DNA from: Oculina patagonica
Lineage: Eukaryota
Assembly (NCBI RefSeq): GCF_052425735.1
Contig: NC_135765.1
Coordinates: 1,860,001 to 1,924,000 of the forward strand
Reading direction: 5' to 3'
Length of the DNA: 64,000 nt
In this document: one piece after another, positions 41,275 through 57,488 of the stretch
Numbering within the stretch: the stretch's first letter is position 1
Layout: each line of letters begins with the position of its first letter
Notes under the pieces: model-generated
The model's input: the letters and a program-made list of their open reading frames with translations, nothing else
Told to the model about the DNA's origin: nothing
The model's database searches: none
Program-made: the position numbers and the translations under genes

Positions 41275-42999
41275 TTAGCGTTTTTTCTTGCCTTTTTTCT
41301 TTGCCTGACTTTGTGAATCGTCTGTTTTATGACTTTTGTCCAAATTAAGAGCATGTCCAAGTTCTTTTATGTGTTGGAACATTCTGTTTCTTGTGGGAAA
41401 CGAAGCTTGGCAGACATTACACTTGAATGTGTTAGCTACTGGCTCCTTGCTCGCTGCTGACGATTTCTTATTTCTTTCTGCGGATTTTTTGTTCTCATTA
41501 TCAGCGTCAGCAGACTGCATATCGCTGCTAGATTCTTGTAATTCCATGTTTTCTTTATCGTGTTCCTTCTGGTTTTCAATATCAGTTGTCGCACTGTTTA
41601 CGTGCGGTGAAGTTGGTTTATCACCTCCGTCGCCGGTGTATTTGTCACTTTGTTCATTGACAGTGCTTTCCTCATCGCCATCGCTATCTTCACTTTCATT
41701 CCTCTCCGCGTCTTCATCTTCGTCTCCTCCTTCTAATTCTCCTTCTCCAATTCCTGATAAAGCTCTTGGCTTCCTCTCGTGTAACACCTTTATCTTGTAC
41801 CGATTGTTGCCCTTGATTCTCATGGTGGACAGCTCCACAGAGTCCATCAGATTTAATTCTCCAACACTCACAAAATCCGTGCCATTCTCCTCCACACTGT
41901 ACTGTCTCTTATTCAGATATTCCTTCTCTAGCCCGCCGTCATTCAATCCATCCAAATCATTTTCCACATTGTTCGATGCATGGCCGTCCACTTGTTCTTG
42001 CTCAGCCATTTCTTGTTTGATAGCGGCGACTTTGTCCTTGTGTTTTCTCGACTTCTCGTGATTTACTAGCGCCTTCTCTGTTTTGAAAGCTTTATCACAC
42101 GCTACACAATAATAATGTTCGACCTCCTCGTCATCTGATTGGCTGTCGGCGACGTCATTGTCTCTGCCGAATTCACTGTCCAAATGCGTGTCCATTTGGG
42201 CCAAGTCCTCCTCAAGCCCGGACAAAGTGACCCAGCTCTCCTCTTTATACTCATCAAACATCTTCTCGCGTTTCTGCAAAGCTTCCAGTCGCTTCTGCTC
42301 AGTTAATCGCTTTCTTTCTTCATCTTTCTCCTTCAGTAGCTCTAGGTATGCTTTGACACGCTTGTCTCTTTTGCGGACGAACTTCACCAAAGCGCGTACT
42401 TCTTCATTTCTTTCCTTTTTGGCGGCATCTCGGATTTTCTTGTTGTCTTTTTCCATCAGTCGCTGGACTCTGCGATTAGGCGCCTCTTTGAGGTTGTATT
42501 TCTCCAACCAAACGTAGGATTTTTGGGTCGAGTAGCTTTGCCAGTGAGCATAGAAAGGTTGTACCACCTCTTCATAATCGTTCGAAGATGTTCCAAACTC
42601 GGGTACTTCCAGATCTTTAGCAGTTGCAAATTCAGCGTCTTCTTGAGCTATTATTTTAAACACATTGGAATAAACCGCATAAAAACCGTCCTCGTCGTCG
42701 CCGTATCCACAATAAACAGTTGCACTGAAGTACTTCATCAAATTCACGCTATTGTCGACATAATCATCGCCTCCCCTGATGATTTGTTCGCGATGTTTAT
42801 CATACCATGCTCGCTCTTGCGGATCGATGAGAACTTCATAAGCTTGCTGGATCTCTGTGAAGATCCGGGTGCTCTCTTCATTGTTGTCTTGGTTTTTATC
42901 CGGGTGCCATTTTAACGCAAGCTTCCTGTAGGATTTCTTTATCTCATCGTCGCTTGCATCTCTTTCGACCCCCAATACTTCATAACAACAGCGCGGCAT
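41275..42999 (-). CDS. DNAJC21: DnaJ homolog subfamily C member 21 (Jjj1-like 60S maturation co-chaperone), single exon, 574 aa
   Basis: N-terminal J domain with the HPD motif, [25 protein letters not shown] segment, and two C2H2 fingers ([14 protein letters not shown]; [17 protein letters not shown]). Confidence 0.96.
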   Translation of the reverse strand: MPRCCYEVLGVERDASDDEIKKSYRKLALKWHPDKNQDNNEESTRIFTEIQQAYEVLIDPQERAWYDKHREQIIRGGDDYVDNSVNLMKYFSATVYCGYGDDEDGFYAVYSNVFKIIAQEDAEFATAKDLEVPEFGTSSNDYEEVVQPFYAHWQSYSTQKSYVWLEKYNLKEAPNRRVQRLMEKDNKKIRDAAKKERNEEVRALVKFVRKRDKRVKAYLELLKEKDEERKRLTEQKRLEALQKREKMFDEYKEESWVTLSGLEEDLAQMDTHLDSEFGRDNDVADSQSDDEEVEHYYCVACDKAFKTEKALVNHEKSRKHKDKVAAIKQEMAEQEQVDGHASNNVENDLDGLNDGGLEKEYLNKRQYSVEENGTDFVSVGELNLMDSVELSTMRIKGNNRYKIKVLHERKPRALSGIGEGELEGGDEDEDAERNESEDSDGDEESTVNEQSDKYTGDGGDKPTSPHVNSATTDIENQKEHDKENMELQESSSDMQSADADNENKKSAERNKKSSAASKEPVANTFKCNVCQASFPTRNRMFQHIKELGHALNLDKSHKTDDSQSQAKKKGKKKR

Positions 43000-43339
43000 T
43001 TCAAAAACTTGAAACTACCAGCTCACAGTAACAACACACAGGTGACCTCACCAGTATGAGTCGTGTTGAGAAAATACCTTTTCCAAAATAATTATTTCGA
43101 AGAATTATATTCAGACCACGTTTTCACGTTCTGGCGAAACAAAATGGCGGACAGCTGATCGCGCATGTCATAACTGCTGGTCATTGTATTGTCGTTGCGG
43201 TTGAAGGTACACACGTTGCTAAGCGACGGCTAAGCCAGATCGCCACAGGCACAGCCACAGGCAAACTGTCTCTTCACTTCAAGATATTGCTGTCTTTCAC
43301 TTCAGTTGTGTTTGATTTTTGTTTTCAATTACAATTAAG
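43000..43339. promoter_or_regulatory. Bidirectional promoter DNAJC21 / CFAP97D2-like, with X-box and YY1-type motif
   Basis: ATGs are 340 bp apart head-to-head. GTTGCTAAGCGAC at 43215-43227 is X-box-like; AAAATGGCGG lies at 43141-43150. Confidence 0.65.
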
Positions 43340-46789
<3,450 letters not shown>

Positions 46790-49143
46790 GGAGACAATGC
46801 TTAATTTATAAATAAAAAGAGTGCAATGGATAAGATATTATTTTATAATGCAACTTAAAATTTGTAAATAAGATTTTTTATCAGAGTGTGATAATTTAAA
46901 CCTTTTTTTTTCCAAAACTTTTCATTTTTGTTTTAATTTTTGTAAAGAGAGAAGTAATGGTTTTCTTTTTGAGTGCAATTTTTATATCTTTCCTGTATAA
47001 CTTAAAGCTTGTATCTTAAGTATGCTGTTCAGCTTTGTAAGAAGAAATTAAATTTTGTTAATGGTTTCAACTAGAAATTGTTCAAAGATTTCAGTTTTAA
47101 GCCTATCTGTTAAGAACTAGTTCCTTTAACTTTCGGTAGCTGTAGAAACGTATACAGGGAACTGTTATGATGGAAGTTACAAAGCTCTTTTAAAATACTT
47201 TAAAAAAAGTTAATATTCTTTTTTTGCTTTTTTTGTTCCTTTTTGAGAATTTTGTATGATTTTTTTTCTACCTTTCAACTTCTTAACTGAACTAGTTTGG
47301 GGAATGTTTCTGCATTTTCTTAAAAAAAGATAAAACTACTTTTGCCAGTGTGACAATAAATGCCATGGCTAGAAAGAAATAAAGTGTGAACAACCTATCA
47401 CAGACTCTGAGTTTTATTATACTTAAAGAGAGGTAGTGTTGACAGGGAAGTTACGCCGGGGGGGGGGGGGGTATTTTTTGGGTTTTTTTTTTTTCCCCCC
47501 CGAGTACAGACAATTCAGTCCTGTCAATCCAGAGATCCTGGGTTTAACCATAGCATCCAAAGATGAGGAAGCTGCTGTACTGGTCACACTGAGTGCTGGA
47601 CCCCGGGTCAAGCAGTCTGGGTTAAGCCATCATGCTGGAATAACTGCAAGTGATCTTGGGCAAGATACTTTATTCTTAGGATGTTCCCCTCCTCCCAGGT
47701 GTATAAATGGGTACTGGCAACGTTAAGGCTGGGACGGGTAAGCCTGGGATGAACTAGCATCTTATCCGTGGGGAGGGGGAGCTGAAATACTCCCGGTCTC
47801 TTCATGCTAAAAGAAAGAGGGACGTAGCCAGGATGTTTGAAGGGGTACGCACACCATCTCAAGTTCTGAAGGCGCTTGTTTTTAGGGGAGTTTAGTTAGG
47901 CACACTGAATTTTAGTGTCTTGGAAATGCCCCCCTCCCCCCCCCTCTCCCAAACTCGGCCCCTTTCCCGCGTTTTCCACGGAACATCCAGGCGGCCGTGG
48001 ATACGTTCCGTTTTCGGCATCTTTTATCATCTTTCCTTGTTGCGTGATGGCATCTTTGGCAGCGAAGAGATTTTTATTGAAGCAACTTAACCTTCACTTT
48101 GTGAAACACGCCAAAGTTAGCTTACAATGTTGGGTCAAGCGTGTTTGGTTATCAACGTCAAACAAAATGCCGTGTGGTGGTCTCTCCTCCGAAACAGGCG
48201 GTCACAGGGCACCCAGGCTGACGACTAGGCTAACCTTTCATCCTGAGTGAAACGAACAGTCGGAAACTTTTGCACGGTATATTTCTCACTAGTAATTTCT
48301 AACTTGGCGTTGACCATTTGAACGAAAAACTAAACACCGTCGGAACAGTTCCAGGACGCTTTCAAGATTTGACCAAAAAATACCGTTATACTGTCGGGAA
48401 ATTTGTAGTGACAAACGGCACAACATTATCTGGAGTTACTGCATAGAGTCGTAGGAAAAATGGTGTCTTTTTTTCTCAGAAATTTTCGTAGCAGAGGACA
48501 ACCTTTCGCGGTCTAAAATAGGAAGACAAAATATTCAATACGCAGAACATACCGGTATTACTGAAAAATACATTCTACGATTGGAATGCGTGCGTTTTTG
48601 CGGCATTGTCAAAGTGAATCAAGGCATAATAATCTGCACCAAAAAAATCTGAAATTTTGTTAATGCATTTTGTCTAGTCGCACATATTTTCCGAAGCTAC
48701 AAGTTATGAATTTTAAACGCGGACACAAGAATGCGTATCAATGATTGGAGCGCGTTCTTTTTTTGTAGCATTTTTGAAGTGATTCAAGATATCAAAATCT
48801 TCACGAAAATTTCGGAAAAATTCTTCAATGTATTCTATTTGAATCGAACATATTTCTCGAGCTCGTAGCTGCGAAGAATGAATTTTAATTGCGTATATAA
48901 AGAAGTGTCAAACCGACGCACCCATAATTTAACTGTTGGTTCGTCGAAGTACATGTACGTACTGTGAGGCGAACGGCGGACGGCTTCCTCCATGTGCTTC
49001 CGATCCTTCAGATAAGTCCACGTTTTCTGTCTTTTTTGTATCAGGGTAAACTTGTTCATTTACCTATAGCTTTAGTTTTTGAAATTTCGCTATCCTTTCA
49101 ATTTTGGCCTTGAAACTGTCTTATATTGAAGTTCAGCCGAGTT

Positions 49144-49953
49144 GCTCATCGGCCACGCCGCGGAAAACTTTTCAGCTTACAAGTTTTTGAAAATGCTAGC
49201 TAATACTGGGTCTTCAAGTGTGTACAGTTACTGCATGAATTTGTTCAATTGGCCAAGCGAGCTGTTGTCCTTTCGTACTTTTCGGTTGGTTCGCAGTTTG
49301 TAGCTCCGAGTTCAGGGGCGTGTACATTTTCACAAAACGAAACTCCATTCAATTTCAATGACCTTGTTAGCAGTCGTTCTAAAAGGGTATTTCACAGGCT
49401 GAAAAGTTTTTACGAGCGAGCACCTATATTGAATTTGTTAATTGCAGTTAGCTGATGCTGGTGTATTTCTTGTTCGTTTTGTGCACGGTATGAGTTGTGA
49501 AGAAATGATGTACAGCCATACTGGTTCTTGGCTTCAGGGCGACTGATCATTCCTTTGTGGATTTTACGCTGTCAAGCCACAACGTCAGTCCTCGTTTCAG
49601 GAAGTCGAGGTTTGTTTGAGAACTTTTTAATCTGTTGAAGTCAAAAACTAAGTGTTGTCTGCAGAACCTCCAACAACTCCTTACACTTTAATACTTAGCA
49701 TGTTTGTACTTAAAGTTTACTTTGCCAACGCGTTCAAAATTTACTGCAAAATTTCCATCAGGGTTTGTAGGCCAAATGTTTACAATTACCGCACTGAAAA
49801 ATATACACAATAACCAATGGTGTTTCTTCGTTTTCTCCAGGCTTAACAGAGACCAGTGCTGAAAGAAAGGACTTGGATTGATTGAGTAATCCGGCGCCGG
49901 CACGTGTAATCCATCGAAGTCTAACCAAGTTTTCCGCGGCGTGGCCGATGAGC
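49144..49953. mobile_element. Non-autonomous DNA transposon with perfect 27-bp TIRs
   Basis: GCTCATCGGCCACGCCGCGGAAAACTT ... AAGTTTTCCGCGGCGTGGCCGATGAGC. Confidence 0.8.
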
Positions 49954-50240
49954 TAATGGGAGCATCAGTCTTCTTTCAAATAAGTCCATAACAATTTTCT
50001 TGTTTGTTTTCTTGTTTTCTATTGTTTATTCTTTAACAGTTCAGTTCTAGAGTGTACAAGGTCGGATAAATCGTCGAATGTCTTTCAGTACAGCAAATCA
50101 TTATTAATGGATGGTGAGCAGTGTTCGAGGAGAATTACATTCGTTAGTGCTGGGCCTAAAAGGAAAATGAAGGAAAATGATCTGATTGGCAGAGAAATCA
50201 GGAAATACATGAAAATAAGATAAAACAAGTTAACGTAATA

Positions 50241-50472
50241 AGGAGTATCAAATGGTCTTTGCGAGCATGCGAGCACAGCGTTTTCTTTGCGAGCACGAAC
50301 ATTGACAAAAATTAACCTTGCGAGCAACGAGCACTTTTCAAAAACCTACCTCCACTAAAAACCGAGCATGCGAGCACTTGTAAAAATGTGCGAGCACGAG
50401 CAAACGAGCACCCACTAAAATTTTGTGAGCATGCGAGCACTGCGACATTTTGAGGGACCATTCTTGACTCCT
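50241..50472. mobile_element. MITE with internal GCGAGCA repeats
   Basis: AGGAGT..AATGGTC / GACCATT..ACTCCT ends, with GTAATA on both flanks. Confidence 0.65.
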
Positions 50473-53149
50473 GTAATACCGGGAAACTGATTGCCATATA
50501 AAAAAGACTAGATCTCCGCAACCACGAATTAAAAAACATCTATTGTAATTAAATTAGCCTTCGTAGCAGGCGTTAAACGGGGAGGGAAAAGGAGGTTATA
50601 TTGATATTCCATCCGTTTACTTCAGGTTAAACAGAGATGAATGAAAGGAAAGTGCATGGACTCCTGAGTGCAATCATTTTGGATCGAAGTGTGTAGCTCT
50701 TGCACTCTGACGCAAGTTGACAATTGGAAACAGCTTATTTCAGATAAGTATATCATAGTTTTCTTAATTTTTTTGTCATTTACCATTCTAGACTAAGAAG
50801 TGAACATAATGTCCCTGTTGTTTTTCACTATTAAAAAATGTTAACTATTTTGTCCAGACAAATTTTAAGGGGGAAATTATCGACAAAAGAAATAAAAGGC
50901 GCGAAACAACACAAAAATTTAAATATGAATTACATTACCTAACTGGTCAGAGCACTGACGTTGGTTCAAGCTATGCAAAACGACGTTTTCAAATCACCGC
51001 ATTTGAAATAAAAATTGCAATTAGTGGACATGTTGAATGAAACATTAGGTATGCTTTAGTATGTTAACGTTTCTCTGGTTTACTCCAGGTTGGATAGAGA
51101 TGTATCAAATAAAGTGTATGGTGAACTGCCTGCAAACATTTTGGATGAATGTGACGGTGAAGATCTTAGACTCTGACGCAAGTTCACAATTGGAAACATC
51201 TTATTTCAGATAAGTTCATCACAGTTTTCTAATTTACTCTGTTATTTACCATTTCATACTCAGAGTTATCAAAATTAAAAGTGCTTCTTTTCAATATTGA
51301 TATAAAATTGTCAAATTATCTTTGTATTACCAAATTCTACGAACTAACATTGTAACAAATGTATGCAAGACAATCAGCAATAAGAATAACTATTATTTTG
51401 AGCCTAGGACGGAAAGGGTTAAAATCTAATTCTTTATTTTCGGAAGTCAAAGTAAAACCGTCAAATATTGTTGTATTAAATTGTCAGTGCTAAGTCACAG
51501 TCTTGATTAAAAAAGGAAAAATTTGTTTGAATAAGTTACGAAAAAAATATTTTTTCAGTCAAACAAGAAGTTTAGAAAATGGCCGTGATGATCATTCAGT
51601 ATCCACAACATTTGGTGGAATTCAAATCAAAAGCATAGATATCACATAGTTGCCGTTTTTTGTAAACTTAAGTGTATATTGAGTATATGTTATAGAAATA
51701 TGATAAAGAAATAGAGGATAACACATGGTTGCTTGAAGATATGAAATTTATCTTCTCGTGTTCAAATCGATATCTCACTACTGAGCGTTATTTTGTTTAT
51801 TTTATAAACTTACTGAAAAAGAGGTTTTCCGAAGATTTCCGGAGATTTTCAAAATGGTGTCCGAAGGTCATACGAATGTTTCCGAAGATTGCCGAAGATT
51901 GCCGCGAAAGATGCGAAGATGTTTCGACTTAACATCGATAAACTTAGGCTCAGTCACCTTTGAAACATGGCAAACTCATCAGCAAATGTGACGAAATCGA
52001 TATTTTCACATATGAAACGTATCATATTTTTTACAGTGTTTAAGATATGTATGATTTTCCTCAGCAAAAGAGATCCTGGTAATTAACTCTAGTTTATATC
52101 ATAAAAAAAAAAATCATAAAAGATATTGTCTCGTTGAACTACCAAATTCCCAGATATAACATTAAAAGACATGTACAGCAATTAGAAAAGGAATTAACAA
52201 TTTGAGACAAGATTCGAATACTGAAAAATCCAGTTCGTAATTTTGAACTCTTTTTTTTTAACCAAACAAGAATTTAAGAAAGTCAGAAATGGCATGCACG
52301 TGCTAGTATTCGTTTTGTTTGTATAGGTAATCACATAATTTCGAGTGCAATTTGAGATAAAAAAAGCAGGGGGAAAATTTTTCAAAGGCTAACAAAAAAC
52401 TGCGATAAAGCAATTTTTCTGCACCAAATTAACTTATTTCTACATCGAATTTACTAAAAACTGCATTTCTCTAAGCCAATCAGATTCGAAATGCGCAGAT
52501 TCAAAGTTGTATACTCAGAAAAGGATGCAACGTTTTGCATACTGTCACAATTCGCCAAAAAATAAGTTCGAGAAATAAAACCCTTCTGACAGTACAAAAA
52601 AGAGATTAATGTATTTTCTTCAAAACCCTTTTCTGTGGGTCTCTTTTTGGAGGGGGGTAACGCGCTATCATCTGGGACATTTCAATTTTGAAGGGATAAG
52701 GCTTTTACAAAGAAGAAACAAAAAAAAACGTTAACTGAACATCAAAATATTCTTAACGTTCCTAATGACGTATGCAAACATTTTCCGCGATACAGTGAAA
52801 GCACAGATTATATTTATACCAGGGAGCAATTCAGTGTTTAATTAAGCTTTTTTTTCTGGAGCTTAATTTGAATTCCATGCATCCATGCATGGCCTTACAT
52901 TCGTTGGGAGAGATGAGGAATGGCTTATTATTGGAATTATTTTTTCATCTGTATAAGCGGCGGGGCAGGGGGGCAGGGGGGTGTAGCCCCGCCCCCAAAC
53001 AGAATTTTTTGGGGGCTCCCCCCCACATTTCAGTGTTGAAAGTATCACTAGCGCAGCATAAATTGTTTTGTCAAGACACAAATCGTTTTATCAGGATCGT
53101 GCTTAGCGGGATGATATGGTGTAGGACTTTCAACGAAACTCATTTCCCT

Positions 53150-53320
53150 AAAACGCTACTTGGAGAGGTCCGCAATCTGTTAAGATTGTATTTTACATTA
53201 CCTGTGGTATCGGCGACTTCAGAAGGTCCATTTTCTGCCCTCCAACGTCTAAAGAACACCCCAAAAGCACCACGAAGCAGGATCGTCTGAACTGCCTAGT
53301 TATGCATTGTCATTAAAATT
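53150..53320 (+). pseudogene. hAT transposase C-terminal dimerisation-domain remnant
   Basis: EVRNLLRLYFTLPVVSATSEGPFSALQRLKN, then after a frameshift STTKQDRLNCL. This matches the hATC pattern P.(T/S)SA..ERSFS.L.RLK..LRSTM.Q.RLN.L. Confidence 0.75.
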
Positions 53321-54231
53321 GATCACGGACTTTGAGTAGGGGGATGTGTGCGCCAAGAGGGAGGGGGCTATGCGCTTGGCTTGGAGAACGATGGGCCCCC
53401 ACGTTTCAAAAAGTTCCGCCGCCCATGATCTGAGGTTTTGGGGACTTAGTTTTTCGGGGTCGGGGCGATGTTTGGGAAGTCTTAGTCCTTTGAGTTGCGT
53501 GGCACGAGTTTTCATCATGTGCGCATGATATGTTGAAATGCATTTTATCAAAAATTATCATTTACAATTTGCTAGCCTTGCGATTGGTCAAATTAAGACA
53601 CAAAACATATTTCACCGTTGTCATCATCATCTCAATACATTTTGATAGCTCAAATTATATATTTCTTTGTTTCCAGTTTTCAATCTTACCTTTTTGCATT
53701 GGAAAGCCAAAACGTTAACTAACTTTTCGATTGAGTCTAGTGAAATAAAAATATTTGTCGAAAATTTCTTCTCTGAACTTGCCGTGAAAATCTAGTGAAA
53801 AAAAGTATTTTTCTGCATTTGTTTTTAGTTTTGTTTCAAGACCTTCTGAATTCACACATAGGGCAATTTCGGCACAAACTCTCGGAAACGAAATAGTGAT
53901 TTTCCTATCTTTTGAAGGTAAAGAGAAAAGTCTTTCAATATCTCGAAAAATGTTAAAATTAAGATTTATTTATCAAGCAAAATCATTGTCAAGTCAAGTT
54001 AAACGTTCTCGCTTTTGGATACTACACTTATAGAACGAAATTTAGGAATGAAAGTGAATAAATTAAACATATGCCAGTTAACAATGAACTTTTTTATTCT
54101 CAATATTGGTGACCAACATACAATTTCTCCTCACAATATCAATACATTTTCAAACAGACAGGTGGTGAGAAAAAAACAGAATCAGCATGTAGGGCACATT
54201 GTCGCAATATATCATTAAGTTTTCTGATTTA

Positions 54232-55256
54232 GGCCAAGTAAAAGAAAAAAATGTCACTTGTCCGGATTTCTATAAAAAAGAGAGCGGACGGGCGCTTTTT
54301 TTTGTTTTTTGTTATTTCCACCATCGTCAAATTCTCCAGAAGCGAACTTGCAAAATAAATCCTGACCTCTCCAGTACGGACCTAGCGTGCCGAGGCTTTA
54401 AACTTTTGGCCTGATTTCGTATTAAAACGCAGACAGTCATCATGCCTTTAAATCGGGTTTTTATATTTTTACTTTTAAATTTCATGTAAACGCACTGAGA
54501 CGTATGTAAAGTGCGTGCTAAGAACTGTTATTATTTTTTATTTTTTTTTATTATGCCTTACAAATTTTCTTTGTACTTAAATGAGGATTAACGCCTGTTG
54601 GTTTTTGTTCGTTCCAACTTTCCCAATAACAAATACAGTGGAACCCCGATATAACGATATGCCAAGGGAGCATTAAAATTATATCGTTATATCGAGGAAT
54701 CGTTATATTGAAACTCCCGATATAACGATATGGCCGTAAAATAACCGAAAATATCATTATATCGCGGTAAACCTAGTCAAAGATAATGAAACAAAGAGAA
54801 CTATTGAATGACAACTAATGACAAGGAGGATAAAGAGGATAAAGTTGATAAAGAGGCTTAGAACACAGTATTATTTTCGTATATAATCGTACAAAGCTGT
54901 GACAGAAACGTTAGAGATTACTCGATTACTGTTATGTTATTGTGTTAAATTCAGTGTTTTGCTTAAATTGTCACTGAGAACTGATAATATCGTTATATCG
55001 GGAAAGAGTTTACGTTCGGTCCGCTAAATTCTCATCGTTACATCGGGAATATCGTTATATCGAAGATCGTTATATCGGGGTACTGTCCCATACATTTTAC
55101 AGTAATTTTTCCCGGGAGATGGAATATTCATCGTTATATCGGGAATATCGTTATATCGAGGATCGTTATATCGGGGTTCCACTGTATTAAAAATAGAGAA
55201 GCGGCCCTAAAAAACTGACGCGGGCGGGGACGAGAAACATTTTTTTTTACTTGGCC
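54232..55256. mobile_element. PIF/Harbinger-like MITE hosting a nested insertion
   Basis: TTA|GGCCAAGTAAAA...TTTTACTTGGCC|TTA. Confidence 0.8.
54636..55184. mobile_element. Tc1/pogo-type MITE nested in 54232-55256
   Basis: TA|CAGTGGAACCCCGATATAACGAT...ATCGTTATATCGGGGTTCCACTG|TA, with many internal ATCGTTATATCG repeats. Confidence 0.92.
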
Positions 55257-57488
55257 TTATCAATTAGAAACATGACAATTAATAAAAGCAACTATGATAT
55301 CACAGGATTAACACTGAAAAGATACCAAATGACGCTTTATTATTTTCACTCGTGATTGGCAGAGAAATGATGCCTGAAAATACCAGTAATTGTTTCTTTG
55401 TAGTCATGTGGTAAAAGTCGACAAATAATGTTTGGTTGCGTTATTTCACAAGGAGAAAATTTGTACAACTTGCTTAAACTGTATCTCTATTACATTCTTC
55501 GTCGCAAAGTTTTTAATCTGATATAGACTTTTGAAAAATTGAATGCATGGTACAAGTTCACTTTTGTTCGTCAACAAGAAAAGTCGTTGCTTTTTCAATT
55601 AGCATTAATTGCTTTGAAGTTAATAAGTAATCTACAAGCTGGACAAACTGTTTTGTTTTTGTAACACCTGCAAATTTAATGTAAATACGGTATTCCTTAT
55701 AGCGTTAAAAATAAAGTGTTTGTGATACATAGCCTTTACCATTTCTTGGTCATTTCTTAATTGCTTAAGTGTTTAGTGACCTTGATGCAGGACCAGGTTG
55801 CTCTAAAGCAGGATAAAGCTGGAAATTCAAGTTATCGTAGTTATATTCATCTTGTTTCAAAATGTTTATCGTTGCTAAATTACTTTCCAGTTTTACACTG
55901 TTCCAATTAAACAATGTGCAAAAAAAAAGAGTTCAGATAAACGATTAACTGATCATATGAATTCAAAGTGAACTAATCCTGGATTAGCTTAATCCTGCTT
56001 TGAACAACAAGGCCCAGATATGATGACAAGTCACGAGCACAAACACTGTTACAATTTGTTGTAGTGTTACAATTACCCTATTAGCTGAAATCACAACAAC
56101 ACATGCATGAACACTTCTGCCATCTACTACTATACTTATTAATGCTAAATACTAATAAATTTGGACAAAAGTGGTAGAGCTGCAGTTATTCGAGCTATTA
56201 CTGAATATCAGTAATAATAGTTTACATAAATTTTGAGCAGCGATAAGTTATGAGAAAAACGAAGGAAGTGTGAAAAAAATCCACAAAAAATATAACTTTC
56301 ACAGAATGATTGAAGTTTTTGACTGGACTTTGTTTGTAGCTTTAATAAATTTTAAAATGCCTTTGCGATATCAGTAGTGGTGTAACTTTCTCATCTATTT
56401 AAAAACTCACTTAGCTTTGGTTGAAAATCTAAACAGAAAATAATCAGGCATCCATCTGCAAAATAGTTGATAAGAAAATTAAAAATTAATCTGATCATTT
56501 CAAGAATTAAGACAGAATCCGCCACGACTTCGAGTATTTATTGAAGAAAATTCCAACAACACCAAACATCGAAAACAAATTTCGAAGTGCCAATGAATTC
56601 CACTGAATTAAAAGGCGATAGCTACACATGGAATTTTACCTTTAGTTTTCATCGCTCTTGTGAACTTTGAAATTCATTTTCTCACTCTGATAAGAAATTG
56701 TTGTTGGTGTTATCACAGATAAATAGGATTCAATTAATTCTGGTATTTTTTGTACTCGATTTTTGTCCAACTTAAACAAATATTACTCGTTTTCCTGATG
56801 CATTCCGTCTTAATCTGTACGTATCTGTTCATCCCACAGAAATGCACGTATAAATCACAGAATCCGTTTGCTGAAAACTGTACAACAACTTGCCTAGAAG
56901 AAACATTGATCACATAGTAAGTGTTTTATTACCTATTAACAAAATTTTGTTCATACCTTTTCAGTGAACTTTTCATGAATATGCCTTCCAATGTATCAGT
57001 TTTTTTTTGCTTGTCGACAGGCACAGAGCTTGAGACGAGAGGGCAAATGAAAGGATATGAACAGTAAAGGATCACAACAGTTAATTCAACTTTCAAAAAT
57101 GCATCAGAAAAACATCACGACGTTTCCTCATTTTCACTATCAACATTAAACATTTTCAGACCAAATAAACACTACTCTGATATTCAATCTTTGCGTTCGT
57201 TTTTGAGTATATTAGAATATTTAGATAACACGATTTGTCTTTAAGATTAGCCACAAGATACATTTTGAGAACCAACCTTATGTAAAGAAGGTGAAAAGAG
57301 CACAAATAAAGGGGTTGTCAACAAAATGCTCAATTAAACCTTCTACTAAAAAAATACTTAAGCAACTGAACATAGATGAAAAAAAAAGCCGCTTAGCCAA
57401 AAAGGCTTCGCACGGCAAAAACTTGTGTCCGCGTCTCTTGCTTTAATATTTAAAACGGGCGGGAATAAAAACAAAAGAAGAAAAAATG

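Noticed and set aside
41336-42915. Plus-strand ORFs of 241, 119 and 130 aa (also 31429-31833 and 16530-16987)
   Set aside because: These are Ser/Phe/Leu-rich antisense shadows of the charged real CDSs.
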